Counted from the stretch's first letter, positions 28,385-37,463 are shown. The stretch: 64,000 nucleotides of DNA from an uncultured Solirubrobacterales bacterium (GCA_963774075.1 CAVZDP010000005.1:528608-592607), one strand, 5' to 3'. Notes: generated by a model not told the origin, from the letters alone. Made by a program: numbers and translations.

Positions 28385-29668
28385 GTGGCGAAGGAAAGCG
28401 ACGAGCCAGCGGTGGAAGAGAAGGAGGAGACGGCCTCGACGAGCACGGAGGCCAAGCCGAAGGGTCGGCGCTTCCGGCGTTCCGATGGCGATCCGGCCGG
28501 CGTGGCCAGCACCTATTTCAGTGCTGTGGGCGACCGCGATCTCGACGCCATGGCCGCCTGCTGGGCGCCGGGCGGCATCGACCACGTCATCCCGATCGGG
28601 GAGCTGGACGTCCCCGACGGCATGCGCGCGTTCTTCGGTGAGCTGTTCGCGGCGATCCCCGACTCGCGGCTCGAAGTGCTCGATCTCGTCGCCGACGACG
28701 ACAAGGTCGCGGTGCGCTGGCGGATGACCGGGACGTTTTGCGGCGGTCCCTTCCAGGGGATAGCCGCGACCGGAGCGCGCCTGGCACTCGAGGGCATCGA
28801 CCTGCTGACGGTCGAGGGCGGCCTCATCCACCGCAACGAGGCCTACTACGACGGCACGCAGTTCGCCCGCCAGGTCGGCCTGCTGCCGGCTCGCGACAGC
28901 GCCGCCGAGCGCGGCATGACGCGCGCCTTCAACCTGCGCACGCGGGTGTCGGGGTCCGGGCGGGCGAAGCTGGAAGCCGTGGCCGACGGCGTGTGGCTGA
29001 TCCGCGGCGGCTTCCCCCTGAAGACGATGAACGTCTATCTCCTCGATGACGACGGTGACATCACCGTGTTCGACGCGGGTATCCGGGCGATGTCGAAATC
29101 CGTTGCGACCGCGGCCGCGACGCTCGGCAACCTGAAGCAGGTCGTCCTGGGCCACAGCCACGCCGACCACCGGGGAACCGCGCCGAGCCTCGGCGTTCCG
29201 GTGCTCTGCCACCCCGACGAGGTGGCCGACGCCGAGAGCGACGGCGGCACCCACTACATGGACTTCTCCCGGTTCGAGCGCTTCTTCGCGCGAGCGACCA
29301 TGCCGCGTCTCCTCAAGCTCTGGGACGGCGGGCCGGTGAAGATTGCCGGCACCGTCAAGGAGGGAGATGAGGTCGCCGGGTTCGAGGTCGTGCACCTGCC
29401 GGGCCACGCTCCGGGGTTGATCGCGCTGTGGCGCAAGTCAGATCGGCTGGCGCTCGCGACCGACGCGTTCTACACGCTCGACCCCCAGACCGGGCGCTTC
29501 GGCCCGCCGAGGGTGCCGCACCGGGCGATCAACAAGGACACGGAGCTCGCGCGCCAGAGCATCCGCAAGCTCGCCGACCTCGAGCCTGCGGCCGCCTGGG
29601 CCGGGCATGCGAACCCTCTGACGGGTGACGTCGCGACCCAGCTCCGTCAGGCGGCCGACACCACCTGA
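28385..29668 (+). CDS. SnoaL/NTF2-like domain fused to an MBL-fold hydrolase
   Basis: GTG start after AGGAGGAGGA. NTF2-like part YFSAVGDRDLDAMAACWAPGG...VAVRWRMTG. MBL part with an intact HSHADH motif and HLPGHAPG. Confidence 0.75.
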   Translation: MAKESDEPAVEEKEETASTSTEAKPKGRRFRRSDGDPAGVASTYFSAVGDRDLDAMAACWAPGGIDHVIPIGELDVPDGMRAFFGELFAAIPDSRLEVLDLVADDDKVAVRWRMTGTFCGGPFQGIAATGARLALEGIDLLTVEGGLIHRNEAYYDGTQFARQVGLLPARDSAAERGMTRAFNLRTRVSGSGRAKLEAVADGVWLIRGGFPLKTMNVYLLDDDGDITVFDAGIRAMSKSVATAAATLGNLKQVVLGHSHADHRGTAPSLGVPVLCHPDEVADAESDGGTHYMDFSRFERFFARATMPRLLKLWDGGPVKIAGTVKEGDEVAGFEVVHLPGHAPGLIALWRKSDRLALATDAFYTLDPQTGRFGPPRVPHRAINKDTELARQSIRKLADLEPAAAWAGHANPLTGDVATQLRQAADTT

Positions 29669-29670
29669 CG

Positions 29671-29880
29671 ATGCCCACCGTCGTCAGCTTCGCCGGAGCG
29701 AAACCGGTCCGCGTCGCAGAGACGCAGGACCAGGTCCTCGAGGCCTTCACGAAGTCAGATGGAGCGCCCTTCCCGCTGGAGCTGCTGAGCGGAGGGCGCG
29801 TCTACGTCAACCCGGCGGCGGTCGTTTCCTGGCACACCGCCGACGAGACGATCAGCCCCGGACGGCTGGACCCGAACTAG
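29671..29880 (+). CDS. small hypothetical protein
   Basis: 69-aa ORF starting 3 nt after the upstream stop. No motif. Confidence 0.3.
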   Translation: MPTVVSFAGAKPVRVAETQDQVLEAFTKSDGAPFPLELLSGGRVYVNPAAVVSWHTADETISPGRLDPN

Positions 29881-30937
29881 CGCCGGCAGATTCGAATCTT
29901 GCCAGGAGGGCCGCGTGGTCGAGGCGCTCGAATGCCCTCACGACCTGCGGGTCGAACTGGCTCCCGGCCAGCGACCGGATCTCCGCCACGCTCTCTTCGA
30001 GAGTCAGCGCCTCCCTGTAGGGGCGGGCGTGGGCCAGCGCGTCGAAGGTGTCGGCGACCGCGACGACCCGCGCTGCGAGCGGGACCTGCTCACCGTGCAG
30101 GCCGCGCGGGTAGCCCTTGCCGTCCCAGCGCTCGTGGTGCGCGAGCACGATCTGCTCGGCCATCCCCAGCAATGGTGACGAGCTGCCGGCGAGGATCGAG
30201 TGGCCGATCTCGACGTGGCTCTCCATGACGGAGGTCTCCTCGCTGGTCAGCCTTCCCCGCTTCAGCAGGATGCTTTCGGGTACTCCGATCTTGCCGACGT
30301 CGTGCAGCGGTGCCGCGTGCCTTATCAGCTCCACCGTTTCGCGACCGAGTCCGAGCTCCCTGGCGATCTCGGCGGAGGTGCGCCCTATCCGCTGCGGATG
30401 CTGGCCGCCGTCGTCGTCGCGGTACTCCGCCGCGCGAGCGAGGCGGCGCAGAACGTCGAGGCGCGCCTCGTGAAGGTCCTGGGTGTGCGCGTCGATCTCC
30501 TGCTCGAGCAGCAGGTTGCGTTTTCGAAGCTCTAGCTGTGCGTAGCGCATCTCCAGCAGGTTCCTGATGCGGAGGAGGACCTCGGTGCGATCGAAGGGCC
30601 TTGTCACGAAGTCCTTGGCGCCCTCCGAGAGCGCCTCTTCGATGCGGGCACCGTCGTCGCCGCTGATGGCGAGGATCGGGAACCACCGTCCCTCGAGCCA
30701 TGGGCGAAGGAGCCTCATCACCTCGAGCCCGTCCGGCTCTGTCACGTCGAGGTTGAGGACGATCAGGTCCGGCGGGACGCGCGAGCACAGGCCGACCACC
30801 TGCGAGGAGTCCCACGTGGAGCGCAGGGCGGCGTAGCCTGCCTCCGACAGCAACCGCTCGAGAGTCCCGCGGCTCTGCGTGTCGTCGTCGACGATCAGGA
30901 TCTGTGCCCTGCTGATGGCGTTTGTATCCGAGACCAT
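29852..30937 (-). CDS. response regulator with HD-GYP domain (c-di-GMP phosphodiesterase type)
   Basis: Receiver ILIVDDD...DLIVLNLDV. HD-GYP part HAAPLHDVGKIGVP and HHERWDGKGYPRGL. Confidence 0.85.
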   Translation of the reverse strand: MVSDTNAISRAQILIVDDDTQSRGTLERLLSEAGYAALRSTWDSSQVVGLCSRVPPDLIVLNLDVTEPDGLEVMRLLRPWLEGRWFPILAISGDDGARIEEALSEGAKDFVTRPFDRTEVLLRIRNLLEMRYAQLELRKRNLLLEQEIDAHTQDLHEARLDVLRRLARAAEYRDDDGGQHPQRIGRTSAEIARELGLGRETVELIRHAAPLHDVGKIGVPESILLKRGRLTSEETSVMESHVEIGHSILAGSSSPLLGMAEQIVLAHHERWDGKGYPRGLHGEQVPLAARVVAVADTFDALAHARPYREALTLEESVAEIRSLAGSQFDPQVVRAFERLDHAALLARFESAGASSGPAVRG

Positions 30938-31013
30938 GCCCGATCAATGATCGGCCGGTGAGGTCCGGGGCTTGAAGCTGGCACCCCTGCTGGGCGATGG
31001 CGGCCGCGAGGAG

Positions 31014-31097
31014 TGCCCGGGGTGGGAGTCGAACCCACAAGCCCCTAGGGGCAGCGGGGTTTAAGCCCGCCCTGTATGCCATTTCCAGCACCCGGGC
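31014..31097 (-). tRNA. tRNA-Leu (anticodon TAA)
   Basis: Reverse complement GCCCGGGTGCTGGAAATGGCATACAGGGCGGGCTTAAACCCCGCTGCCCCTAGGGGCTTGTGGGTTCGACTCCCACCCCGGGCA. It has a long variable arm and a CTTAAAC anticodon loop. Confidence 0.9.
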
Positions 31098-31190
31098 GCA
31101 GGGCGGCCTACTTTAGATGACCAGCGCTCCGGCGCCGCGAAACTTGCCTGCTGCTAGGTTGTTTTCAAGGTCGGGTACCCCCTCACCGGC

Positions 31191-32645
31191 ATGGACAGCA
31201 CCACCGTCAAACAGTCGCGCACGGGCCTGCTCGCAGGCAGGTCGCCCCTGCTTCGGCTTCAGTCCGACGAGCGGCTGATCGCCCTCATCCGCGCCGGCAA
31301 CGACGGCGCATTCGAGCACCTCTTCGAGCGCTACCGCTCGCGCCTGCTCGGCTTCTGCCGCCACATGCTCGGCTCGAAGGAGGACGCCGAGGACGTGCTG
31401 CAGGAGGTGTTCGCCGCCTCCTACAACGCTATCCGGGCGGACCAGCGCGACATCAACGTGCGGCCGTGGCTGTACCGGATCGCGCGCAACCGCTGCCTCA
31501 ACCACCTCCGTCGCCCGACCCAGGACGCGCGCGAGACGATGGACGACCACGTGCACGGCCACGGCGTCACGACCGCAGACCTCGTCCATCGCCGGGCCGA
31601 CTTCCGTCACCTCCTGGAGGACATCCAGAAGCTCCCGGAGACCCAGCGCACCGCTCTCCTGCTGCGAGAGATGGACGCGCTCTCCTACGAGCAGATCGCA
31701 GAGGCGATGGACAACACCGTCCCGAGCGTCAAGTCGCTGCTCGTGCGAGCGCGCATGTCGCTGGCCGAGGCCGCGGAGGCGCGCGAGATGAGCTGCACGG
31801 ACGTGCGACTCGAGCTCGCCGAGATCACCGAGGGCCTAAAGAAGCTCACACCGCCGATCCGCCGCCACCTGCGCGAGTGCAACCAGTGCCGCGACTATCG
31901 CACGCAGCTCAAGCGCACCACGACGGCAATGGCCCTGGCGCTCCCGCTCGGCCCGATACTCATACTCAAAAAGCTTGCGCTCGCCAAGCTCGGCGCGGCG
32001 GCCGCCGCGGGAAGTGGTGCCGTGGGCGGCGCGGCTGCGGGCGGCGCCGGCGGCGCTGCCGCAGGCGGAACCGCTGCTGGCGGCCTGGCCGCGGCTGGTG
32101 GTGGCGTGGCGGGCGGCGCCGGAGCGATCGGGCTCGGCGCAGTCGCCACCAAGGCCATCACCGTCACGGCGGCGACCGCGCTGCTCGCGGGTGGAGCCGT
32201 TCAGGTCAAGAACATCGCTGTACCCGCCCACGAGGTGAAGCGCGCCGCCCCCGCAGCGCAGAAGGTCTCGCCGCCGCCATTCGAGAGCGGCGGCCAGTCG
32301 GCGGAGACGCTGCCCCCGATTCCGCTGGTGAAGAAGGAGCTCGAGGCCGCCAAGAAGGAGGAGGCGGCCGCGGCCGGCGAGGGCGCCACCACGGCCGCAA
32401 CGCCGGTTGACCCAGCAGCTACCACCGACGCGGCGGTCGCGACTCCGGCCGGCACGACCGGCCCCGGAGCGACTGGTCCCCAGGGCCCGGCGCCGGGCGC
32501 GCCGGTGGGCGCCGACGCTGTGGCCCCTCCGGCCGAGAGCGGCGGCGCTGCACTTCCGCCGCCCAGTCAGGCGCCGCCCGCGACGGAGACGAAGCCGCAG
32601 GCCAAGGCCGACGGCGCCGCTCCGGTCGCACCGCCCGCCGAGTAG
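31191..32645 (+). CDS. ECF sigma factor fused in one ORF to a zinc-binding anti-sigma domain, a TM segment and an Ala/Gly/Pro-rich tail
   Basis: Sigma region 2 (FEHLFERYRSRLLGFCRHML...DVLQEVF) and region 4 (LPETQRTALLLREMDALSYEQIAEAM). Then MSCTDVRLELAE...HLRECNQC (H-x3-C-x2-C), a hydrophobic stretch and a low-complexity C-terminus. Confidence 0.8.
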   Translation: MDSTTVKQSRTGLLAGRSPLLRLQSDERLIALIRAGNDGAFEHLFERYRSRLLGFCRHMLGSKEDAEDVLQEVFAASYNAIRADQRDINVRPWLYRIARNRCLNHLRRPTQDARETMDDHVHGHGVTTADLVHRRADFRHLLEDIQKLPETQRTALLLREMDALSYEQIAEAMDNTVPSVKSLLVRARMSLAEAAEAREMSCTDVRLELAEITEGLKKLTPPIRRHLRECNQCRDYRTQLKRTTTAMALALPLGPILILKKLALAKLGAAAAAGSGAVGGAAAGGAGGAAAGGTAAGGLAAAGGGVAGGAGAIGLGAVATKAITVTAATALLAGGAVQVKNIAVPAHEVKRAAPAAQKVSPPPFESGGQSAETLPPIPLVKKELEAAKKEEAAAAGEGATTAATPVDPAATTDAAVATPAGTTGPGATGPQGPAPGAPVGADAVAPPAESGGAALPPPSQAPPATETKPQAKADGAAPVAPPAE

Positions 32646-32658
32646 CGCGCGGCTTCGG

Positions 32659-32696
32659 CATATATATCGAGCCGCCTTCGGCGGACACCTACAGTC
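32659..32696 (+). repeat. REP-like hairpin motif, copy A (CATATATATCGAGCCGCCTTCGGCGGACACCTACAGTC)
   Basis: Near-identical to the reverse complement of 37326-37359 and related to 47633-47676. Lies between convergent genes. Confidence 0.6.
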
Positions 32697-32743
32697 CTGT
32701 GCGCCGGCTGCGGCGCCTTCGGCGCCTACGCCGTCGCTGGTCC

Positions 32744-33481
32744 CTAACCAGCGAAGCGGAAGCTGCGGAACGGCCGCTGAAGAATGCCCTCGTCGCCCAC
32801 GCGAGTGGCCGAGGGCACGTTGTCGAGGGTCGTGGCGAGCATGGTGATCATCACCCCGCGCGTCGGGCTCTCTCCCTCCGGGTAAGGCGCTCCCGGGTCC
32901 GAGGGGTCGTAAGGCTCGGGCAGCATGACGACGCGCCCGAAGAGCTGGCGCGGCGGCTTGCCTTGGCGGTTGAGGCGGGCCGTGAACGCGAACTGATACC
33001 CCTCGGCCTCGTTCACCCTCGCCCTGCCTTCGAAAGCGAGCCGGAAGCGGTCGTATCTGCGCGCGGCCTCGCGTTCGTAGCGGGTGGCCACGATCGGCAT
33101 GAAGCCCGGGATCAGTCCCGGCTGGCGGCCGATCCGAAACGGCGAGACGGTGAAGCGCCCAGACAGGGTGCTGTTGATCAGCCGCTCCGCCCGCACGTAG
33201 GCGCCCGAGGGGTGGGAGATCGACATCTTGCTCGAGTGGTCGAACTCGAACGGGATCGGCGGTAGCCCTCGGGAGGCGGCTGCTTCCGCGGATTGCCGGT
33301 AGGTCTTCACCGATCCGCGCTCGCCGGCGGCCATGAAGGCGAAGCCGGCCAGGAGCAGCGCTAGCGCCAAGCCGAGCGCGACCCGCTGCCAGCGCGGAAG
33401 CGCGCGCAGCCGCGGCCGGAGCAACTCGGGAAGCGAGGGTCCGTAGTTGGGCTCACCCGCGCCTGTTCTCGTTTCCGCCAT
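32744..33481 (-). CDS. membrane-anchored hypothetical protein
   Basis: 245 aa with one N-terminal TM helix (VALGLALALLLAGFAFMAAG). No motif. Confidence 0.55.
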   Translation of the reverse strand: MAETRTGAGEPNYGPSLPELLRPRLRALPRWQRVALGLALALLLAGFAFMAAGERGSVKTYRQSAEAAASRGLPPIPFEFDHSSKMSISHPSGAYVRAERLINSTLSGRFTVSPFRIGRQPGLIPGFMPIVATRYEREAARRYDRFRLAFEGRARVNEAEGYQFAFTARLNRQGKPPRQLFGRVVMLPEPYDPSDPGAPYPEGESPTRGVMITMLATTLDNVPSATRVGDEGILQRPFRSFRFAG

Positions 33482-33492
33482 CGCTCAGCCGT

Positions 33493-33591
33493 CTAGAGCT
33501 TGACGATCACGATCACGGCCGAGATCAGGACGCAGATGATGATCACCACCTGCATGGCGATCCAGAATCCAGGCATCGGTTGACGCTGCAT
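33493..33591 (-). CDS. candidate small hydrophobic peptide
   Basis: Below the ORF-track cutoff. MQRQPMPGFWIAMQVVIIICVLISAVIVIVKL has a single TM-like helix. Its stop lies 11 nt before the ATG of the 245-aa gene. Confidence 0.3.
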   Translation of the reverse strand: MQRQPMPGFWIAMQVVIIICVLISAVIVIVKL

Positions 33592-33695
33592 GGACTCGAT
33601 TATGATGCGCTCGCCGCGCGACCGGCCAGGCCGTCCCGCCGCGCGAGCGCTCCACCCGAGGCGGCCTCGAGGCCGAAGCTGCCCGAGGAGTGTGA

Positions 33696-34139
33696 ATGTT
33701 CAGTCGCATCGTTGTTGGAACGGACGGATCGGAGACCGCCACCGCGGCAGTGCGCCAGGCGGCCGATCTCGCCTCGAAGCTCGGAGCCTCCCTCATCTTG
33801 GTGAGTGCCTACGAGCCGGTGTCCCAGTCTCGGCTGCGCGAGGAGCGGCTGCAGGCGCCGGCCGACCTGGAGCACGCCGTGACCCCTCGCGAGGACGTGG
33901 ACGCCACACTCGCCGAGGCGGTGAAGCTCGCGAGCGAGCGAGGCGTGGAGGTGGAGACGGACGCGCGCCAGGGCGACCCCGCCGACGCGATCCTCGACGT
34001 CGCCGAGGAGAAGAAAGCCGACCTCATCGTCGTCGGCAACAAGGGCATGACGGGCGCGAAGCGGTTCCTGCTCGGCAGTGTGCCGAACAAGGTCTCTCAC
34101 CACGCTCCCTGCTCGGTTTTAATCGTAAGAACAACCTGA
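33696..34139 (+). CDS. universal stress protein (UspA family)
   Basis: RIVVGTDGSETATAAV and VVGNKGMTGAKRFLLGSVPNKVSHHAPCSVLIV. Confidence 0.85.
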   Translation: MFSRIVVGTDGSETATAAVRQAADLASKLGASLILVSAYEPVSQSRLREERLQAPADLEHAVTPREDVDATLAEAVKLASERGVEVETDARQGDPADAILDVAEEKKADLIVVGNKGMTGAKRFLLGSVPNKVSHHAPCSVLIVRTT

Positions 34140-34162
34140 ATTTACTTAGGCGCAAATTCAGG
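34135..34162. terminator. AT-rich inverted repeat CCTGAATTT-N10-AAATTCAGG between convergent genes
   Basis: 9-bp perfect stem overlapping the usp stop. A T-rich tract follows on the minus strand (GTTGTTCTTACGATT). Confidence 0.35.
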
Positions 34163-34205
34163 GAGCGGTGGCGGGACGGCGACCTGGAGCTCTGACGGAC
34201 GGCGC

Positions 34206-35567
34206 TCAGCGGGCCGTGGCCGCGGTCGCGTCGAGCAGCCCCCAGCCGTAGTTGCTGTCGTATCCGGGCGGGCCCATGTCGCGTGCCGTGGTTTCTAGTC
34301 GCTGCTCGATCATCGCCGGAGACGGGTTGGGGCCGAGAACGTTGGAGGCGAGCACGAGCGCGATCACGCCGGACACGTGCGGCACCGCCATCGACGTCCC
34401 CTCGTATCCGAACGGCAGCCCGAAGCGCTGGTAGCCGAAGCCGGAGAACGTGAACTGAAAGATGTCGCGGCCGGCATCCTCGAACGGGCGGCAGTTCGGG
34501 TCGCCGGCCAGGACGGCGTCGGCGCCTCCGCCCGGGGCGACCAGGTCGAGCCCCTGGCCGGTGTTCGAGTACTCGGCCAGGCAGCCGTGCTCGGTCGTGG
34601 CGCCCACGGCGATCACGTTCCGGGCGAGCGCCGGATAGGCCACCCGAGTGTCCTCCGCATTGCCGGCGGCGCCGACAAGCGCGGCCCCGTGGCGATGGGC
34701 GTAGCGGATCGCCGAAATCACGTCCGGGATCTGGGACGCCGTCAGGCCGATGTCGAACTCGAAGCTCATGTTGATGATGTCGGCGCCGCGGCGGGCGGCG
34801 AAGCGGATGCCCCGGGCGATCGTCGCCACGTCGCCCTTGCCCTCGAAGTCGAGCACGCGCACCGGCATGATCTTCGACTTGTAGGCGATGCCGGTCACGC
34901 CCAGCTCGTTGTTGGTCGACTGCGCGATCGTGCCGGCGATGAACGTGCCGTGTCCGTTGCGGTCGTACGGAAGGTCGCTCTGTCGCACGAAGTCGTGGCC
35001 GCGCACGAAGCGCTTGCGGTTGAGGTCGGGCGCCTTCCTGTAGCGGCGGTCGGGGCTGTGCCGGTATGCGACACCGGTATCGAGGACCGCGACCACGACG
35101 TCCTTTCCGCCCGGACGGCCCGAGGTGATCGCGTTGTCCCAGGCGCCTGGGATGCGCGCTCCGTGGTCGTCGAGGAAGTTCCACTGGACGCCGGTCCAGC
35201 CGCCCGGGCCGGTTCGGCCGGGATCGTTCGGGATGAATGAAGTGCGAGCGACGTAGTTGGGCCGCGCGTAGCGGACCCGCTCGTCGGATTCGAGCCGGGC
35301 CGCCGTCTCCATCGTCTCGCCTCCCTCGGGGATGCGCACGCGCTGGCTCGAATCTCCGACCATGCCGGCGAAGTGAACGCCGGCGCGGCGGCGCGCCTCC
35401 CGGCGCTCCGCTCTCGTGCTGCCCGGCGCGTAGCGAACGAGCAACTCTCCGTCCTGGAAGGAAGCGCGGGCCGAGGCTTCGGCAGCCGCGGGCGCCGGCC
35501 CCAAAAGGCCAACAACGACGGCGACCGCTGCAGCGGCTCCGGGAACGAGAGCGTTTCGCCTAGTCAC
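34206..35567 (-). CDS. secreted S8 (subtilisin-like) serine peptidase
   Basis: Catalytic triad contexts VAVLDTGV, NGHGTFIAGT and EGTSMAVPHVSG, with an N-terminal signal-like segment. Confidence 0.85.
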   Translation of the reverse strand: MTRRNALVPGAAAAVAVVVGLLGPAPAAAEASARASFQDGELLVRYAPGSTRAERREARRRAGVHFAGMVGDSSQRVRIPEGGETMETAARLESDERVRYARPNYVARTSFIPNDPGRTGPGGWTGVQWNFLDDHGARIPGAWDNAITSGRPGGKDVVVAVLDTGVAYRHSPDRRYRKAPDLNRKRFVRGHDFVRQSDLPYDRNGHGTFIAGTIAQSTNNELGVTGIAYKSKIMPVRVLDFEGKGDVATIARGIRFAARRGADIINMSFEFDIGLTASQIPDVISAIRYAHRHGAALVGAAGNAEDTRVAYPALARNVIAVGATTEHGCLAEYSNTGQGLDLVAPGGGADAVLAGDPNCRPFEDAGRDIFQFTFSGFGYQRFGLPFGYEGTSMAVPHVSGVIALVLASNVLGPNPSPAMIEQRLETTARDMGPPGYDSNYGWGLLDATAATAR

Positions 35568-35657
35568 ACTGTCCCTGTCTCGTCCTCGATACTACAAGCC
35601 GCCTGCCCGAACCAACGCAGGCTCCAAGCGGAAGTTTCGGAAGGGTCCTAAGGTCGA

Positions 35658-36776
35658 ATGCCCGAGCCCAGCACAGTATGCGTGACCGGCGCGACGGGGT
35701 TCATCGGCGCCCACGTCGCTGCGGCCCTCAGCCGCAGCGGTGACTGGGGGCGTGTTCGCGTGACCGTCCGGGATCCGGCCCGCCTGGACGCGCTGGAAGG
35801 GGTCGACGTGGAGCCGGTCCAGGCCGATGTCCTGGAGCGTGCCTCGATGCGGCAGGCCCTCGAAGGCTGCGACGTCCTGTTCCATACCGCCGGGATGGTG
35901 GCCTCGAGCCCGATCCGCCAGGTCTGGCGCGTAAACGCCGTCGCTCCCCGAATCGCGGTCGAGACGGCCGCCGAGATGGGAGTGCGCCGCGTGGTCCTGA
36001 CCTCCAGCGTCGCTGCGATCGGGCCCGCTCCGCGAAGCCGGCCCGCCGACGAGCGCGCCGAGTACCCGACGGGTGGCGTGGGGCTGATCTATGCCGACGC
36101 CAAGCGCGAAGGCGAGGTCGCCGCGCTCGCCGCAGGCGACCGGCTGGGGGTGGAGGTCGTCGCCGTGGACCCTGCCTATGTGCTGGGCGCGCCGGTCAAT
36201 CGCGCCCGGCCCGGCGAGACCTCGACACGGATCGTCAGCAACTACCTCCGTGGCCGGCTGCCGGCGATCGTGGACGCGTGGACCAACATCGTGGACGTCG
36301 AGGACGTGGCGGCGGGGCATCTGCTCGCCGCACGGTCCGGAGGCACCGGCGAGCGCTACATACTCGGCGGCCAGAATCTGCGCTGGTCCGAGGTGCTGTC
36401 GCGGGTCGCCAAGCTGTCGGGGCGCCACCACGCCGTGCTCGTGCTGCCGCCCGAGGCAGCGACCGCCGCGGCGCTTCTCAAGCGCGCACGGATCCCGGGC
36501 GTTCCGCTCGAGGGAATCCGTCTGATGGCGCCCGACTGGCGCTACTCATCCGCCAAGGCCAAGCGCGAGCTCGGTTACCGGCCACGTGGCGCCGGCGAGA
36601 CGCTCGCGCGCACGGTCGACTGGTGCCTGGAGCTGATCGAGAGCGGGGCCCTGGACGGTCGCCGGCGAAGCTCGTTCGCCTTCATGACCGCCGGCGTGCG
36701 GACCAGCGAGCGGCTCGGGCTGCTCGTGCCGCTCAAGCTCGCGGGGCGGCTCGCCGGGCGCAAGACGGTGCTCTAG
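35658..36776 (+). CDS. NAD-dependent epimerase/dehydratase (SDR) family protein
   Basis: VCVTGATGFIGAHV Rossmann motif and a YADAKREGE (YxxxK) catalytic motif. Confidence 0.8.
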   Translation: MPEPSTVCVTGATGFIGAHVAAALSRSGDWGRVRVTVRDPARLDALEGVDVEPVQADVLERASMRQALEGCDVLFHTAGMVASSPIRQVWRVNAVAPRIAVETAAEMGVRRVVLTSSVAAIGPAPRSRPADERAEYPTGGVGLIYADAKREGEVAALAAGDRLGVEVVAVDPAYVLGAPVNRARPGETSTRIVSNYLRGRLPAIVDAWTNIVDVEDVAAGHLLAARSGGTGERYILGGQNLRWSEVLSRVAKLSGRHHAVLVLPPEAATAAALLKRARIPGVPLEGIRLMAPDWRYSSAKAKRELGYRPRGAGETLARTVDWCLELIESGALDGRRRSSFAFMTAGVRTSERLGLLVPLKLAGRLAGRKTVL

Positions 36777-37249
36777 TGGCCCCACATCGGAGCCACTTCT
36801 TCCCGCGCGACGAGTACTACATGAGGCTCGCTCTCCGGGAGGCCGAGCGAGCGCTCGAGCACGAGGACGTGCCGATCGGGGCCGTTGTCGTGCGCGACGG
36901 CGAGGTGCTGGCGGCCGCGCGGAACGAGCGCGAGCTGCGCTCCGACCCGACGGCGCACGCGGAGATCCTCGCTCTGCGAGAGGCCGGAGCCAAGCTCGGT
37001 GGCTGGCGCATCACCGACGCCGTCCTCTACGTGACGATCGAGCCCTGCGCGATGTGCGCGGGCGCGATCGTGTGGGCGAAGGTACCGCGGGTGGTCTACG
37101 GCGCGCCCGATCCGAAGACCGGCGCGGCAGGCAGCGTCCTCGACGTGCTGGGCGAGCAGCGCCTGAACTGGCAGCCGGAGGTCGCCGGCGGACTCCTTGC
37201 GGAGGAGTGCGGCGCGCTCCTGTCGAGCTTCTTCGCGCCGCGGCGGTGA
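36776..37249 (+). CDS. tadA: tRNA-specific adenosine deaminase
   Basis: Zinc motifs HAEILALREAG and EPCAMCAGAI. The conserved DEYYMRLALREAERA argues for the GTG start at 36776, which overlaps the upstream TAG. Confidence 0.85.
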   Translation: MAPHRSHFFPRDEYYMRLALREAERALEHEDVPIGAVVVRDGEVLAAARNERELRSDPTAHAEILALREAGAKLGGWRITDAVLYVTIEPCAMCAGAIVWAKVPRVVYGAPDPKTGAAGSVLDVLGEQRLNWQPEVAGGLLAEECGALLSSFFAPRR

Positions 37250-37325
37250 GCGCGGCCGCCTGACCGAGATCGCCCCGCGCCGCTCGCTAATCGAGACTGG
37301 ACGCGAGCTCGAGCGAGCGTCACTT

Positions 37326-37359
37326 GACTGTAGGTGCCCGCCGAAGGCGGCTAGATATG
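37326..37359 (-). repeat. REP-like hairpin motif, copy B
   Basis: The reverse complement CATATCTAGCCGCCTTCGGCGGGCACCTACAGTC matches copy A almost base for base. It lies between tadA and tRNA-Ser. Confidence 0.6.
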
Positions 37360-37367
37360 CTGGTGAC

Positions 37368-37456
37368 GGAGGGGTGCCGGAGCGGTTGAACGGGGCGGTC
37401 TCGAAAACCGTTGCGGGCCTTTCGGTCCGCCGAGGGTTCGAATCCCTCCCCCTCCG
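37368..37456 (+). tRNA. tRNA-Ser (anticodon CGA)
   Basis: GGAGGGGTGCCGGAGCGGTTGAACGGGGCGGTCTCGAAAACCGTTGCGGGCCTTTCGGTCCGCCGAGGGTTCGAATCCCTCCCCCTCCG. It has a long variable arm and a CTCGAAA anticodon loop. Confidence 0.9.
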
Positions 37457-37463
37457 CTTTCAG

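Noticed and set aside
30090-31091. 333-aa minus-strand ORF
   Set aside because: It overlaps both the HD-GYP regulator, in another frame, and the tRNA-Leu gene, and its composition is Arg/Pro-rich.
34024-35184. 386-aa minus-strand ORF in an alternative frame of the S8 peptidase gene
   Set aside because: The S8 frame carries the catalytic D/H/S motifs, and this frame is Arg/Pro-rich noise.
37324-37357. TTGACT ... TAGATA read as a sigma-70 promoter for tRNA-Ser
   Set aside because: The spacer between the hexamers is 22 nt, which is too long for a canonical promoter. The same sequence also recurs as a repeat element in non-promoter contexts. Only the -10-like part remains plausible.
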